A stretch of DNA of 64,000 bases from the IMG/VR virus record IMGVR_UViG_3300021066_000001, one strand, 5' to 3'. The notes beneath the pieces were generated by a model, which searched no databases, was not told where the DNA came from, and saw only the letters and a program-made list of their open reading frames with translations. Positions 33,908-43,005 of this stretch are shown here, one piece after another. The translations under genes and the position numbers were made by a program. Source of the stretch: a virus. Lineage: Duplodnaviria; Heunggongvirae; Uroviricota; Caudoviricetes. Positions within the stretch are counted from its first letter, which is position 1. The number at the start of each line of letters is the position of its first letter.

Positions 33908-34561
33908 TCAACGCTTGCTTAGGTAGATCACGCTAAAGATCACGGCGGCGCCAGAGAGCCCCATCCAGAGCAACGCCCACATGACCGCAGGAATTCCAGT
34001 CATGCTCTGCATGATGAGCGCGTCGGTGAAAGTTTGCGAGGAGACGCTCATGCGAAAGAGGCCACCGAGATCGTAGAAGGAGTTAACGATGAGTTGCATC
34101 CCGAGAAACGCGACGATCAGGTCGGCGACATGCTGTGGAAGCTTCGTTAGCAAGAGAAAGCCGATCCCGACCAGCGCGAGCGCGCACGCGAGACCGATCG
34201 GGGAGAAGAACGAGACGAGGAAGAACATGACCGCACCCACCGCCATCAGGCAGCCGCCGATGAGCCGCGTGCCGCGGCCTCCCGTGGCGAGCACCATCAA
34301 CAAGCCGGTGACGGTGGTACCTACATACCCGGCCGACGCGGTCACCACGTGAAAGCCTCCGCTGACCATCGTCACTCCTGACGTGTCTTGGAAGATGCTG
34401 ATGCTGTGCACGCTACCGCCGGTCAGCCAGGAGGCGACCGCGTGACACATCTCGTGGATCGTCGTGTCGAACAGCGTCAGAGGATATGTCAGAACCCCCA
34501 ACCCGGGGACGTACGAGAGAACGACCGTCGCGATGACGGCGACGGCTAGGGCGACGTTCAC
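33908..34561 (-). CDS. Integral-membrane zinc metalloprotease (HExxH; M50/DUF3267-like)
   Basis: TTIHEMCHAVASWLTGG, multiple TM helices; GTG start overlapping the upstream stop (GTGA). Confidence 0.55.
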   Translation of the reverse strand: MNVALAVAVIATVVLSYVPGLGVLTYPLTLFDTTIHEMCHAVASWLTGGSVHSISIFQDTSGVTMVSGGFHVVTASAGYVGTTVTGLLMVLATGGRGTRLIGGCLMAVGAVMFFLVSFFSPIGLACALALVGIGFLLLTKLPQHVADLIVAFLGMQLIVNSFYDLGGLFRMSVSSQTFTDALIMQSMTGIPAVMWALLWMGLSGAAVIFSVIYLSKR

Positions 34562-34815
34562 TTCTTGATCTTGTGGGGCTCGAGCCAGTGCTCGATCAGC
34601 GTCCACTGAGCCTCGCCGAGGCTCCCGGCGTGGAGCTTCGCGTTGTCCTGTGCGCGCCTGATCAGCTCGTCGATCGTTTCGTTGTGCTGGTCCTTGAATG
34701 AGTCGAGAAGCTCTTGCGCTTCGGTAGGTGTCAAGACGATCACGCCCTCTCCGTCACGCTTCACCTTCGCGAGGGCTTGGATGAGCTTGATCACCACAGG
34801 GGTAGAAACGATCAA
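34558..34815 (-). CDS. Hypothetical protein
   Basis: ORF track. Confidence 0.45.
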   Translation of the reverse strand: MIVSTPVVIKLIQALAKVKRDGEGVIVLTPTEAQELLDSFKDQHNETIDELIRRAQDNAKLHAGSLGEAQWTLIEHWLEPHKIKK

Positions 34816-34843
34816 TGTCAGCTTCCGTTGTTGGAAAAGTCAA

Positions 34844-35242
34844 TCATGCGATCACCCCTCGTCTCATGAGATAGCGAATCGACGCGCACGTCTCGATGTA
34901 GCCGTAGCGGTAGGGATGCTTTCGCCCGCCAGGCTTCGTGTACATGTTGCGGAGCACGGCGAGGTAGTTCGTCTTGATCGCTCGCATCGAGACGCTAGCC
35001 GACTCGCGGCCGTCACGATTGCGGTAGAAGTCATACCGGCTCAGCTCGCACTCGAGGTCGAAGGGCTTGTAAACCGGCGGCTTCTTCTTTTCCTCATCTC
35101 CCTTGAAGAGACGCTCGATCTTGAGCTTGAGCTCCTCGACGTCTGGATCTATCTCGACTCCACGATACGTCTCGTCGAACGTGCCTCGAATTGCCGTCTC
35201 TAGGGCCGCGAGCAACTGTCGCAGCTTGGTGATCTTCTCCAT
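34844..35242 (-). CDS. Hypothetical protein
   Basis: ORF track. Confidence 0.5.
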   Translation of the reverse strand: MEKITKLRQLLAALETAIRGTFDETYRGVEIDPDVEELKLKIERLFKGDEEKKKPPVYKPFDLECELSRYDFYRNRDGRESASVSMRAIKTNYLAVLRNMYTKPGGRKHPYRYGYIETCASIRYLMRRGVIA

Positions 35243-35254
35243 CTGTCTATCTGT

Positions 35255-35512
35255 CTATCTCTTCACCTGCTTGGCGTGCAGCACTCGCTCGAGGTCGTTC
35301 TTGAGTTGAAGCATCGAGAGCTTCTCGGCGATCCAGAAGTCAGGATCACCCGTGCGAGCCTTCGCGACGCCGTATGGCATCTCGTTCGTGCTCAGAAAGT
35401 ACTCGAAGAGCTTCTCGTAGAGGGGAGTGTCGAGGTCAAGATCGGCCTCGCCGCTCGCGATGTCGACGATCTGCTTGCGATCAGCGTCGTTGAAGATTTC
35501 TTCGGTGACCAT
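35255..35512 (-). CDS. Hypothetical acidic protein
   Basis: ORF track; ATGATACAAT extended -10 plus GGAG SD upstream. Confidence 0.5.
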   Translation of the reverse strand: MVTEEIFNDADRKQIVDIASGEADLDLDTPLYEKLFEYFLSTNEMPYGVAKARTGDPDFWIAEKLSMLQLKNDLERVLHAKQVKR

Positions 35513-35582
35513 CTCGCCTCCGAGAATAGATGAAGAATTGTATCATCTCTCAGCTCCAAAGTACACTGGCTAAATATCTCTC

Positions 35583-36053
35583 ATGAAGCTCAGTGATCTG
35601 TACGAGTCCGACGCGAGAGACACCGTCGACGAGATCGAGGTGACCGACGGGATCCAAGCCGCCGAGGAGGCCTGGGCGGGAGGCGTCGGTGACTTCGGCG
35701 ATCCTGAGGCCGCGTATCACGTCCAAGCGATGCCCGGCTACTTCGCCTACCGCTCTGAGCTCGAGGAGCGGCTCCGCGAGAAGCACGGCGACACGCTCAC
35801 GCTCTACCGGAGCATCACCCCCAAGAAGCTGGAGGACTGGAAGAACGGCGCCGATCTAGACCCGATGGGCTTCACGACGAGCAAGAAGTTCGCCGAGAGC
35901 TGGGGCAACTTTGCGGGGAACCGCGGTAAGAAGATGCTCGTGATCAAGGTCGACGTTCCCGTCGGAGCGATCATCATGCGGGGCAAGGCCGAGGAACACG
36001 AGCTCGTCGTTGACGCGAACGAGATCTCAGCTCACACGATCAAGGTCGTCTAG
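35583..36053 (+). CDS. Hypothetical protein (plus strand)
   Basis: ORF track; preceded by GCTAAATAT 6 nt before the ATG. Confidence 0.5.
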   Translation: MKLSDLYESDARDTVDEIEVTDGIQAAEEAWAGGVGDFGDPEAAYHVQAMPGYFAYRSELEERLREKHGDTLTLYRSITPKKLEDWKNGADLDPMGFTTSKKFAESWGNFAGNRGKKMLVIKVDVPVGAIIMRGKAEEHELVVDANEISAHTIKVV

Positions 36054-36297
36054 ACTTCTTTCGGAAGCTCTCTCGCCACTGGCCAACCTCGTACATCTTC
36101 CCGGCGAGCCAGAAGAGGAGCCAGATGGCCGTCATGTTCAGCGAGATCGAGATGAACTCCAAGAGTGAACCTCTCGTTTGCCAGAACAGCACGAAGCTGC
36201 CCTTGAGACCCACTCCCGTCGGCAAATCACCGATTCGTCTCCCCCACTCCTCCTCGGTTCTAAATCGCCAGATCGGCTTTTCGGCGGTGCGCTTCAC
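36040..36297 (-). CDS. Possible small membrane protein
   Basis: ORF track; hydrophobic C-terminal half; start uncertain. Confidence 0.3.
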   Translation of the reverse strand: MKRTAEKPIWRFRTEEEWGRRIGDLPTGVGLKGSFVLFWQTRGSLLEFISISLNMTAIWLLFWLAGKMYEVGQWRESFRKKSRRP

Positions 36298-36298
36298 C

Positions 36299-37108
36299 TT
36301 AAGCTCTCAGCTGCGCGGGGGAGACGACCAGGTCAACCGTCCACCCGATCGGCAGGTAGGCTGGCTTCATCTTGTCGATGAAGTGTTGACGCCACTCGAT
36401 GACGAAGTCCTCGATCGTGCCCTCCTCGATCAGCTTCTGCGCGACACGATACCCGTGCGTCTCCTCCGGGAGAGTGCGGCGGTGCTTCAAGCTGAGGGCC
36501 GTCAGATATAGATCCATCAGGTCGCCGTCATCGGGGTCATGACCGAGGTGCAGGGCAACCCACCTCGTTAGCTCAGCTCTCCGCTCCGCGGGGATCTTGT
36601 CCTTGAGCTTTCTCGACAGCAGCGTTCTCGAGATCATCCCGACCTTGATCGCGATCTCGCGCCCCTCGTTCTTGAGCGGCCCAGCCTCGATCCCGTAGCG
36701 CTTCGCGATCACGCGCTGGAGCTCGAGGGAGTGGCGCTCGTACTCCTCGTGGTGCTCGAGGCACAGCAGGAGGATGTCGTGAGAGCGCCGTGACTTGTAC
36801 TCGAGCGGCAGGTAGCGCCGATACTGGTATGGAACGACGTGGTGACGCGTCACCTCGGTCGAGCCGCAAACTACGCAGATGCTCTCCTTCTCCGAGAGGA
36901 AGTACTCCGCACCGTGATCACGGTGCCCCGGCCCGTGCGGGATGAACGTCAGCTGGAAGACCGGCGGGTGCTTGGAGACGAGCTTGGCGAGCCCGCGCTT
37001 GATGTACCAGTCAGCACGGTCCTCGCCGCACATGCACATGGGCTGACCGTCCATGTCCAACATCTTCCAGTTGGAGTAGGCCTTACGACTTAACGGCTGT
37101 CCCGCCAT
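36299..37108 (-). CDS. HNH endonuclease domain protein
   Basis: CVVCGSTEVTRHHVVPYQYRR...LLCLEHH (Cx2C...HH...Cx2HH). Confidence 0.6.
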   Translation of the reverse strand: MAGQPLSRKAYSNWKMLDMDGQPMCMCGEDRADWYIKRGLAKLVSKHPPVFQLTFIPHGPGHRDHGAEYFLSEKESICVVCGSTEVTRHHVVPYQYRRYLPLEYKSRRSHDILLLCLEHHEEYERHSLELQRVIAKRYGIEAGPLKNEGREIAIKVGMISRTLLSRKLKDKIPAERRAELTRWVALHLGHDPDDGDLMDLYLTALSLKHRRTLPEETHGYRVAQKLIEEGTIEDFVIEWRQHFIDKMKPAYLPIGWTVDLVVSPAQLRA

Positions 37109-37532
37109 CGCTCTCTCTCGGGTTCAAGAGGTTGAAGACCGTCTCGAGGTCACGCTTGCGATCGTGGATCGACCGGTAATCGACGCTCGACACCGGGAAG
37201 GACGCCGGACCAGAGCGCTTCGCAGACTCCTTGCGCTCCCTCTCAGGCACTAGGCGCTCGTACATCTTGCGGAGAAGCATGTCGTCCCAGAACGTCAAGA
37301 CCTCCGCGTCACGATAGTCCTCGACCATCGAGCTCGGGAGGCTAGCCTTGCTGACCAGATCGTAGAGCCTGAGGGTCGCCGACACCATCGCGGATCCCTC
37401 GTCGAAGAAGCCGGGAGTGTTGACGAGCCTGGCCGACGCGTCCATCAGCTTGCGGACATCATCGAGAAGCAGCTCGCGCAGATCGGTGCGAAGCTTGACT
37501 TCTCGGCGCGCGGATTCTTCGGAGGGGCTCAC
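37083..37532 (-). CDS. Hypothetical protein (GTG start)
   Basis: ORF track; TTGAGTTAAAAT 6 nt upstream of the GTG. Confidence 0.45.
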   Translation of the reverse strand: MSPSEESARREVKLRTDLRELLLDDVRKLMDASARLVNTPGFFDEGSAMVSATLRLYDLVSKASLPSSMVEDYRDAEVLTFWDDMLLRKMYERLVPERERKESAKRSGPASFPVSSVDYRSIHDRKRDLETVFNLLNPRESDGGTAVKS

Positions 37533-37577
37533 TTGAGAATTTTAACTCAAAACTCTCAAAAAGAACAGGCTTGAGCG

Positions 37578-37775
37578 CTACGGAAGCTTTTCGAGCCACG
37601 TGATCAAGCACTTCTTTTGGCAAAAGTGATGATCGAGATCAGGTGGAAAGTACCGGTAAGGATCCATTCCCGTCGAGCTGAATCTGGGTTGCGTCGTATC
37701 CTGTAACCGAAACACCAGATGCTCATCCTCTCTCGTCAGGTCGCGAGCACACTCATCACAGATGATTTTGATCAT
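37578..37775 (-). CDS. Small zinc-finger protein
   Basis: CDEC...HHFCQKKC. Confidence 0.45.
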   Translation of the reverse strand: MIKIICDECARDLTREDEHLVFRLQDTTQPRFSSTGMDPYRYFPPDLDHHFCQKKCLITWLEKLP

Positions 37776-38878
37776 GCGGTCACCTGATAGCCAGCGACCA
37801 CGTCACCCTTCTCCAGGTGTCCGCGGCTGTGGGCCTTCCGTCGCCACTTCAAGCCACCGCACTGCAGGCAACGCCATTGCTCGATCGCTTGCTCCTCCCA
37901 GTCGTGCATGCAGCTCGCGTTCCGAGCCGTCTTGTCATGGCAGAAGTGGGCGCGGACGTCATGACGTCGCCGCCACAGTCCGCCGCCCTTTCCGCCGAGG
38001 CGCTTGATCTTCGGGATCGGATTGAGCTTGAAGGTGATCACCGAATGCTTCAGCAGCGTTCGCGGCTTGTTGCGGATCATCTGCTGCTTCGGCCCGAGCT
38101 CGGTCAAGTATGTGACCTTGCTCGAACGATTGAGAAGCAAGAGGAGCGCGACGAGGATGCGAAGCTCACCCGCCGAGCCTTGAAACATCCGCATGAAGGT
38201 CTGGCGAACCTCATCTCGATGCTGGTCGTAGATGATCTCGACGGAGTGATTTGCTCGAAGCGATCTCGCAAACTCAGTCTGCGTGGGCGTCAATTGCTCG
38301 ATCATGTCGGTCTCGAAGGCTACCTTTCCGACCGTCAGACCAGTCTGTCGTCTGATTATGTCCGCCATCATCTTGTGGAGCGACTCGCCCCAGAAGAAGG
38401 CGTCAAGCTGAAAGCGCGAGATGCCGATCGTCTCACAGAACTCGAGCTCGCTCTTGTGGTCAAACGGCTGAAAGAGCTTGTACTTCATCGGTGAGAGCAA
38501 CGCGTCCTTGAACCGTCCGTGCTCATCGGTCGCGTTCGCGATCACGTAGGCCGACGGCCAGTTGATCAAGAAGCCCAAGAGGAAGTCAGAATCGGCGTCA
38601 GGCACTCGCCCTGTCAGCGCTTCATAGTGGATGCGAGAGTTGAACTCGACCCAGGTGAGCGGAAACGGCGGGAGCGCAAACTCTTGCCCAAACGCGATCG
38701 CTTCCGGGAGATCGCGTTGCATCTCGCCGAGGTAGCGTGACGCCGCGTCGTCCAGGACGAACCGCTTCGCCTCGATGAGCTTGTCCCGGACGACGTTGTA
38801 CGTGCGCTTGCTGTGCTTCCAGGTCGACTCGTACTTCGTCGCCAGAAACATGTCCGCGAGCGTGGGTTGGCGCTTCAT
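37772..38878 (-). CDS. Hypothetical protein with C-terminal Cys/His cluster
   Basis: ORF track; ...CHDKTARNASCMHDWEEQAIEQWRCLQCGG. Confidence 0.5.
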   Translation of the reverse strand: MKRQPTLADMFLATKYESTWKHSKRTYNVVRDKLIEAKRFVLDDAASRYLGEMQRDLPEAIAFGQEFALPPFPLTWVEFNSRIHYEALTGRVPDADSDFLLGFLINWPSAYVIANATDEHGRFKDALLSPMKYKLFQPFDHKSELEFCETIGISRFQLDAFFWGESLHKMMADIIRRQTGLTVGKVAFETDMIEQLTPTQTEFARSLRANHSVEIIYDQHRDEVRQTFMRMFQGSAGELRILVALLLLLNRSSKVTYLTELGPKQQMIRNKPRTLLKHSVITFKLNPIPKIKRLGGKGGGLWRRRHDVRAHFCHDKTARNASCMHDWEEQAIEQWRCLQCGGLKWRRKAHSRGHLEKGDVVAGYQVTA

Positions 38879-39047
38879 GAGCAGCTTACATACCTCAATC
38901 GTTGATAGCGCTTCATCTCATCCGTGTGAATCAAGCCGCATCTCGATGAAGCATGAGGATCTAACACCTCGACGATCAGCACCTTGTTGGATCTTGGCTG
39001 GTAGATCTGCATCCGCCACTTAGAATTGACAAGATTGAGTTGGCGTC

Positions 39048-39476
39048 TCATGAGTTGTACACGATTCGCAGGTACGGGTCGTTGACTACTCTCTCGCGGT
39101 AGAGGTGCGGGAATTTCTCCTTGAGCTCGTGCACGGTCGCCTTGAGCTTACGCGGGCCGAGAGGTGACGGCGCGTTGAGCATGTACGTGACCGAATGCAC
39201 GTCCTCATCGTTGAAGCTGATCTCCGCAGGCGAGAATAGCTCACGCTCGTCCTCAAACATCGGATGCTTGAGTTGCGGCTGGGGACCGTACTCCACCTCG
39301 CGCAGCTGGTTGAACCACGGGGAGCGATGGAACGTGATCTTGAACGGGCCGTGAGAACCCAGCTCTCTCCAGTAGCTCAAGCTGACGCCCGAGTGAATCT
39401 TGCTCTCGCGAATGCGTCGCTCGTCGAGAACCTTGAGCGGGTTCGAGCAGTTGTAGTAAGCAATGACGAGGATCAC
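39048..39476 (-). CDS. Hypothetical protein
   Basis: ORF track. Confidence 0.5.
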   Translation of the reverse strand: MILVIAYYNCSNPLKVLDERRIRESKIHSGVSLSYWRELGSHGPFKITFHRSPWFNQLREVEYGPQPQLKHPMFEDERELFSPAEISFNDEDVHSVTYMLNAPSPLGPRKLKATVHELKEKFPHLYRERVVNDPYLRIVYNS

Positions 39477-40108
39477 TTCTTGTGCTTGTAGCGGATCTGC
39501 TTCCAGAGCGCGTTCTCGACGACGTGCGGCTCGACCTTGTCGCTCTTGAGGAGCTTGATCGTCATGCCGACGAGCGCGCTCACCGCCTTCGTGTTCCCCA
39601 TGAGCGCAGCCTCGATCATCGCGGTGTTCGTCTCGACCACCTTCTTGATCGTCTCGTGGAAGATCTCGTTCTCGTCCTTGACGACGCCGGTGTGCTCGAT
39701 GACCCTACACTTGGCCATCTCCTCTCTGACCGCCGTGATCGCCTCGCGAAATCTCTCGCGGGTTTGCTTCGTTTGGGCGATGACGCCGGCGGAGAACTCC
39801 TTGTGAAAACGTGGATCTGCTACCAGGCCATCCGGGAGAATGCGGCCAGCGTACGGCCGATCGACGATCGGCTGGTGGCGATCGATCTTCGCTTGCGCGG
39901 CAGCCTCAACAGCAGCGACGAAGACGTCGAACTGCTCGGCGGTGAAGCCACCGTTAGAGAGCACTGCCTTGAGCGCCTTCTCGTTGTTCAGGTCGTCGCC
40001 GATTTCCCACTTTCCGATGATGTTGACGCACCCATCGATCTCCCGTTGGGAGATCGGATCAGAGTTGTCATGATCGAAGTGATAGAGCTTGCTGATGACG
40101 CATCTCAT
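39473..40108 (-). CDS. Hypothetical protein
   Basis: ORF track. Confidence 0.5.
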   Translation of the reverse strand: MRCVISKLYHFDHDNSDPISQREIDGCVNIIGKWEIGDDLNNEKALKAVLSNGGFTAEQFDVFVAAVEAAAQAKIDRHQPIVDRPYAGRILPDGLVADPRFHKEFSAGVIAQTKQTRERFREAITAVREEMAKCRVIEHTGVVKDENEIFHETIKKVVETNTAMIEAALMGNTKAVSALVGMTIKLLKSDKVEPHVVENALWKQIRYKHKK

Positions 40109-40605
40109 CGGGAGCTCCCGGATAGAATTCGCTTTCTAGCCGCGGCCGTCGCGTCATGCGGGAGGGGACCGATCTCGCGGTGAGCGTACTCCGCCCACTG
40201 CTTGGGAGTGCGAATGTAAGAGATGTTGCCGAAGAGCGTCTTCGCGTCGTCATAGCCGATGTCGAAGAACTTCTTCGCCGCCTCGAAGGGGGAGTAGCCT
40301 CGCCCCTTCACCCTGAATTGATAACTTGAGTCCTCCCATCTCATCTCTAGCCCCAGCTCTTGAAACTTTGGCTTCACCGCGGCGAAGCCGAGGGCGCAGG
40401 CCGAGGTGCCGCAATCCATTACGTGCGTTCGAGTAATCCGGGTGCCCTCGCGAGCGATCTCGTGCCAGCCTCGGTGATCCAAGAAGGCTCCCATGTTGAA
40501 GTGCTTGTGTGTCTCGGGAGCTTGTTTTCTCATGTAAGCGATCAGCTCGTGAAGCAGCACCATCGCGCGGAGAGTGAGAAGACGTGGGCCGTAGAGCTTT
40601 TTCAT
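40105..40605 (-). CDS. Hypothetical protein, KHFNM...CGTSACALG family (paralog of 2775..3338)
   Basis: Shared motif block with 2775..3338. Confidence 0.6.
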   Translation of the reverse strand: MKKLYGPRLLTLRAMVLLHELIAYMRKQAPETHKHFNMGAFLDHRGWHEIAREGTRITRTHVMDCGTSACALGFAAVKPKFQELGLEMRWEDSSYQFRVKGRGYSPFEAAKKFFDIGYDDAKTLFGNISYIRTPKQWAEYAHREIGPLPHDATAAARKRILSGSSR

Positions 40606-40619
40606 CGCGTGATCTCCGG

Positions 40620-41153
40620 TCAGAACTTGCAGAGCGAAAAGGTCTTGTACTCACCCGCGTCGAAGAGCTTCTTCGCGCCGTTGAGCTCTAGGAGCTCGAT
40701 GATGAAGGCGCACTCGAGGACGATTCCCCCAGCCTTCTCGATGAGATAAGCCGCCGCGGTCGCGGTGCCTCCGGTCGCCAGGAGGTCGTCGACGAGGAGG
40801 ACATTGTCTCCGCGCCTGATCACGCCAGCCTGAATCTCGACGCAATCGGTGCCGTACTCGAGCGCGTACTCCATTTGAAGCGTGGCGCCCGGAAGCTTGC
40901 CCCTCTTGCGGATCGGCACGAAGGGGAGGTCAAGCGCAAGAGCCAAGGGTACTCCGAAGAGAAAGCCGCGAGACTCGAGCGCGGCGATCGCCGTCGGCGA
41001 CTCGTAGCCGCGGCTCGGTTGGTAGCGGTGAGCGAGTTGGTTGATCACGTCTTGAAAGTCGACCGGCGACGCGAGAAGCGGGCAGATGTCCTTGAACATG
41101 ATGCCCGGTTTCGGAAAGTCGGGGACGTCTCTGATCAGCTTGTTGAGGATCAA
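40620..41153 (-). CDS. apt: Adenine phosphoribosyltransferase
   Basis: FKDICPLL, PRPP-binding VLLVDDLLATGGTA, 177 aa. Confidence 0.8.
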   Translation of the reverse strand: MILNKLIRDVPDFPKPGIMFKDICPLLASPVDFQDVINQLAHRYQPSRGYESPTAIAALESRGFLFGVPLALALDLPFVPIRKRGKLPGATLQMEYALEYGTDCVEIQAGVIRRGDNVLLVDDLLATGGTATAAAYLIEKAGGIVLECAFIIELLELNGAKKLFDAGEYKTFSLCKF

Positions 41154-41491
41154 TGGAGGCTCCTAGCGAAGGTCTTCCCCTTGAGCTCGTCCTTGACGGC
41201 GGGCGACTCGTTGAGGAGGCTGATCAGCGACGCGGCGATCGTGTGGTAGATCTCCTCGCACTGATTCGAGTTTACGTATGGGTAGATCCCGATGTCGGTG
41301 ACGATCAGGTCAGAGTTGGAGGTCCGCCCGCGCATTCTCTCGGGGAGCACATCCTCGGTCTGGATCGTAAACCCGGTGAGCGTCGGGCAGCTCTCAAAGA
41401 TCTGCTTGACTCTCTTCGCGACTTCTGGGGTCATAAAAATGACGCTCCAAGCACCAAGCCGAAGAGCAACCCGATCACGAAGGTGTCCCAC
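41150..41491 (-). CDS. Hypothetical protein
   Basis: ORF track. Confidence 0.45.
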   Translation of the reverse strand: MGHLRDRVALRLGAWSVIFMTPEVAKRVKQIFESCPTLTGFTIQTEDVLPERMRGRTSNSDLIVTDIGIYPYVNSNQCEEIYHTIAASLISLLNESPAVKDELKGKTFARSLH

Positions 41492-41501
41492 TGGATGTAC
41501 A

Positions 41502-41786
41502 TCACATCACCCAGCCGTACGGTGAGTTCTTGTTGAGGAAGACCTTCTTCCCGCGCACCTCGAAGTACTCGCCGCGCTTGCTCGAGAGGAGCGGCGCGCG
41601 CCGGATCATGCCGATCTTGCAGCCGTGCCCCGAGCGAAACGAGTAAGCGACGACGCGCTTGCCGATCTCCATGATGACGAGATCGGCACCGCGGTTGCGC
41701 TGAGTGCCAAAGGCGGTCACGTACTTGACCGGAACGTGAAAGAAGCGTTGGTCCATCGGTTGGCTGGGACGCAGGAGGGTAGTCAC
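41502..41786 (-). CDS. Hypothetical protein
   Basis: ORF track. Confidence 0.45.
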   Translation of the reverse strand: MTTLLRPSQPMDQRFFHVPVKYVTAFGTQRNRGADLVIMEIGKRVVAYSFRSGHGCKIGMIRRAPLLSSKRGEYFEVRGKKVFLNKNSPYGWVM

Positions 41787-42025
41787 TGGATGCGCTCCAC
41801 GTGGGTGACAGGGGACTCTTCCGAGTCGTCGGGAGAGCGGAGAGCGAGGCGATCGCCGACGTTAAGCTCGGTGACCTGATCGAGCTCATCGGCCGTGAGG
41901 TTGATGTCGCTCACGAGCTCAAGCAGACGGAGCGGCTTCGAGCACGCCATCGTCTGCTTGAGCTCGTTGATCCACCCGTACGGGCCGCCGACGACCAGGT
42001 ACTCCTTCGGCTGCTTGCCGCTCAT
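41783..42025 (-). CDS. Hypothetical protein
   Basis: ORF track. Confidence 0.45.
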   Translation of the reverse strand: MSGKQPKEYLVVGGPYGWINELKQTMACSKPLRLLELVSDINLTADELDQVTELNVGDRLALRSPDDSEESPVTHVERIQ

Positions 42026-42648
42026 CGCTTCACCCTCGCTAGAAAATCATCGATCGTCGATTCGACGGCCCGATAGAGCTTCTTGTCGCCCCTCGTCAGG
42101 CCGGGCAGCGCGTCACGCTTCTCGCAGAAGTACTTGACCGCGAAGCCGCCGACCGCCTTGAGCGACATCCCCGACAGGTTGTGGAGGATGTCAGCCAGCT
42201 TGATCGTTTGCACCTTCGGCAGACGATCGCGCTTGTGCTCCCGGGCGAGGCGCTTCGCGCGGTTGAGGTCCGGGTACTTCGCCTTGGTGAACTCGTCGGT
42301 GCACTGGTCGACGTACTTGCCGACCACCTGGCCGAACTTGGCGGTGACGTCGGCGAGGGTCGTCTTCGTGTCCTCGACGGTGTCGTGGAGGAGAGCGGCG
42401 ATGATCTGGTCCTCGTCTCCGCCCGCGAGCCGAACCAGCTCGGCGACGATGACGACGTGCTCGACGTAGAGGACGGACTCGCCGGCCTGAGCCGAGTACT
42501 TGCGAATCTGGCGACCGAGAAGGTCGCGCTCGACCGTCTCCTTGGCGTGGTTGTTGTGCCGGTCTTCGGCGTAAAGAACGCCCGTCATGACGCGCGCGCT
42601 GAGAGCTTCGAGATTCTGGCGGGCTTCGGCGTAGGACGGGATGTGCAT
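42022..42648 (-). CDS. HD-domain (p)ppGpp hydrolase, small alarmone hydrolase (SpoT/Mesh1-like)
   Basis: AALLHDTVEDT matches the Rel/SpoT hydrolase HD motif; 208 aa single domain. Confidence 0.65.
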   Translation of the reverse strand: MHIPSYAEARQNLEALSARVMTGVLYAEDRHNNHAKETVERDLLGRQIRKYSAQAGESVLYVEHVVIVAELVRLAGGDEDQIIAALLHDTVEDTKTTLADVTAKFGQVVGKYVDQCTDEFTKAKYPDLNRAKRLAREHKRDRLPKVQTIKLADILHNLSGMSLKAVGGFAVKYFCEKRDALPGLTRGDKKLYRAVESTIDDFLARVKR

Positions 42649-42653
42649 AGTGA

Positions 42654-42683
42654 ATTATACTCAATTTGACGCCAAAAGTAAAC
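42654..42683 (-). promoter_or_regulatory. T4-early-like promoter TCTGGTTTAC-N18-TATAAT, 5 nt from the ATG
   Basis: minus GTTTAC 42683..42678, TATAAT 42659..42654; near-identical copy at 42924..42953. Confidence 0.5.
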
Positions 42684-42719
42684 CAGACTTCACACTAATC
42701 GCGTGAAATCTAGAATTTG

Positions 42720-42917
42720 TTAGCGAGCTTTGTCGAGGACGCGCCAGACGACCGCGCGAATTGTGCCGTGTCCAGAGCCGTCGGGAGTGGACCAACCGCG
42801 GCGGAGCTTAGTCATGACGCCAAAGTCACGCCCGTTCGCCATGATGCGTTTCTGGGTAGGGCTCAGGGTGATGACGTGAGCCGTCCCAGCGTCGGTGACA
42901 ATTTTGCGGGTGTTCAT
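42720..42917 (-). CDS. Hypothetical small protein
   Basis: ORF track. Confidence 0.45.
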   Translation of the reverse strand: MNTRKIVTDAGTAHVITLSPTQKRIMANGRDFGVMTKLRRGWSTPDGSGHGTIRAVVWRVLDKAR

Positions 42918-42923
42918 AGAGAG

Positions 42924-42953
42924 ATTATAAACTCAAAATGAGCAAAAGTAAAC
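42924..42953 (-). promoter_or_regulatory. T4-early-like promoter TCTGGTTTAC-N18-TATAAT, 6 nt from the ATG
   Basis: minus GTTTAC 42953..42948, TATAAT 42929..42924; shares ~40 nt of similarity with 42654..42700. Confidence 0.5.
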
Positions 42954-43005
42954 CAGATCACCTCAAAAAGACGATGATCTGGCTTATTTTACCGCAATTA
43001 CTAGT

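Noticed and set aside
41431-41889. 152-aa ORF overlapping two shorter ORFs
   Set aside because: Low-complexity Arg/Ser-rich translation; the two shorter ORFs (41502..41786, 41783..42025) are coupled and look more protein-like.
42650-42955. Two ~45-bp near-identical direct repeats flanking a small gene, initially suspected as a mini mobile element or att-like repeats
   Set aside because: Each copy sits exactly in front of a start codon and contains GTTTAC-N18-TATAAT, so they are duplicated promoters rather than element ends; no transposase or integrase nearby.
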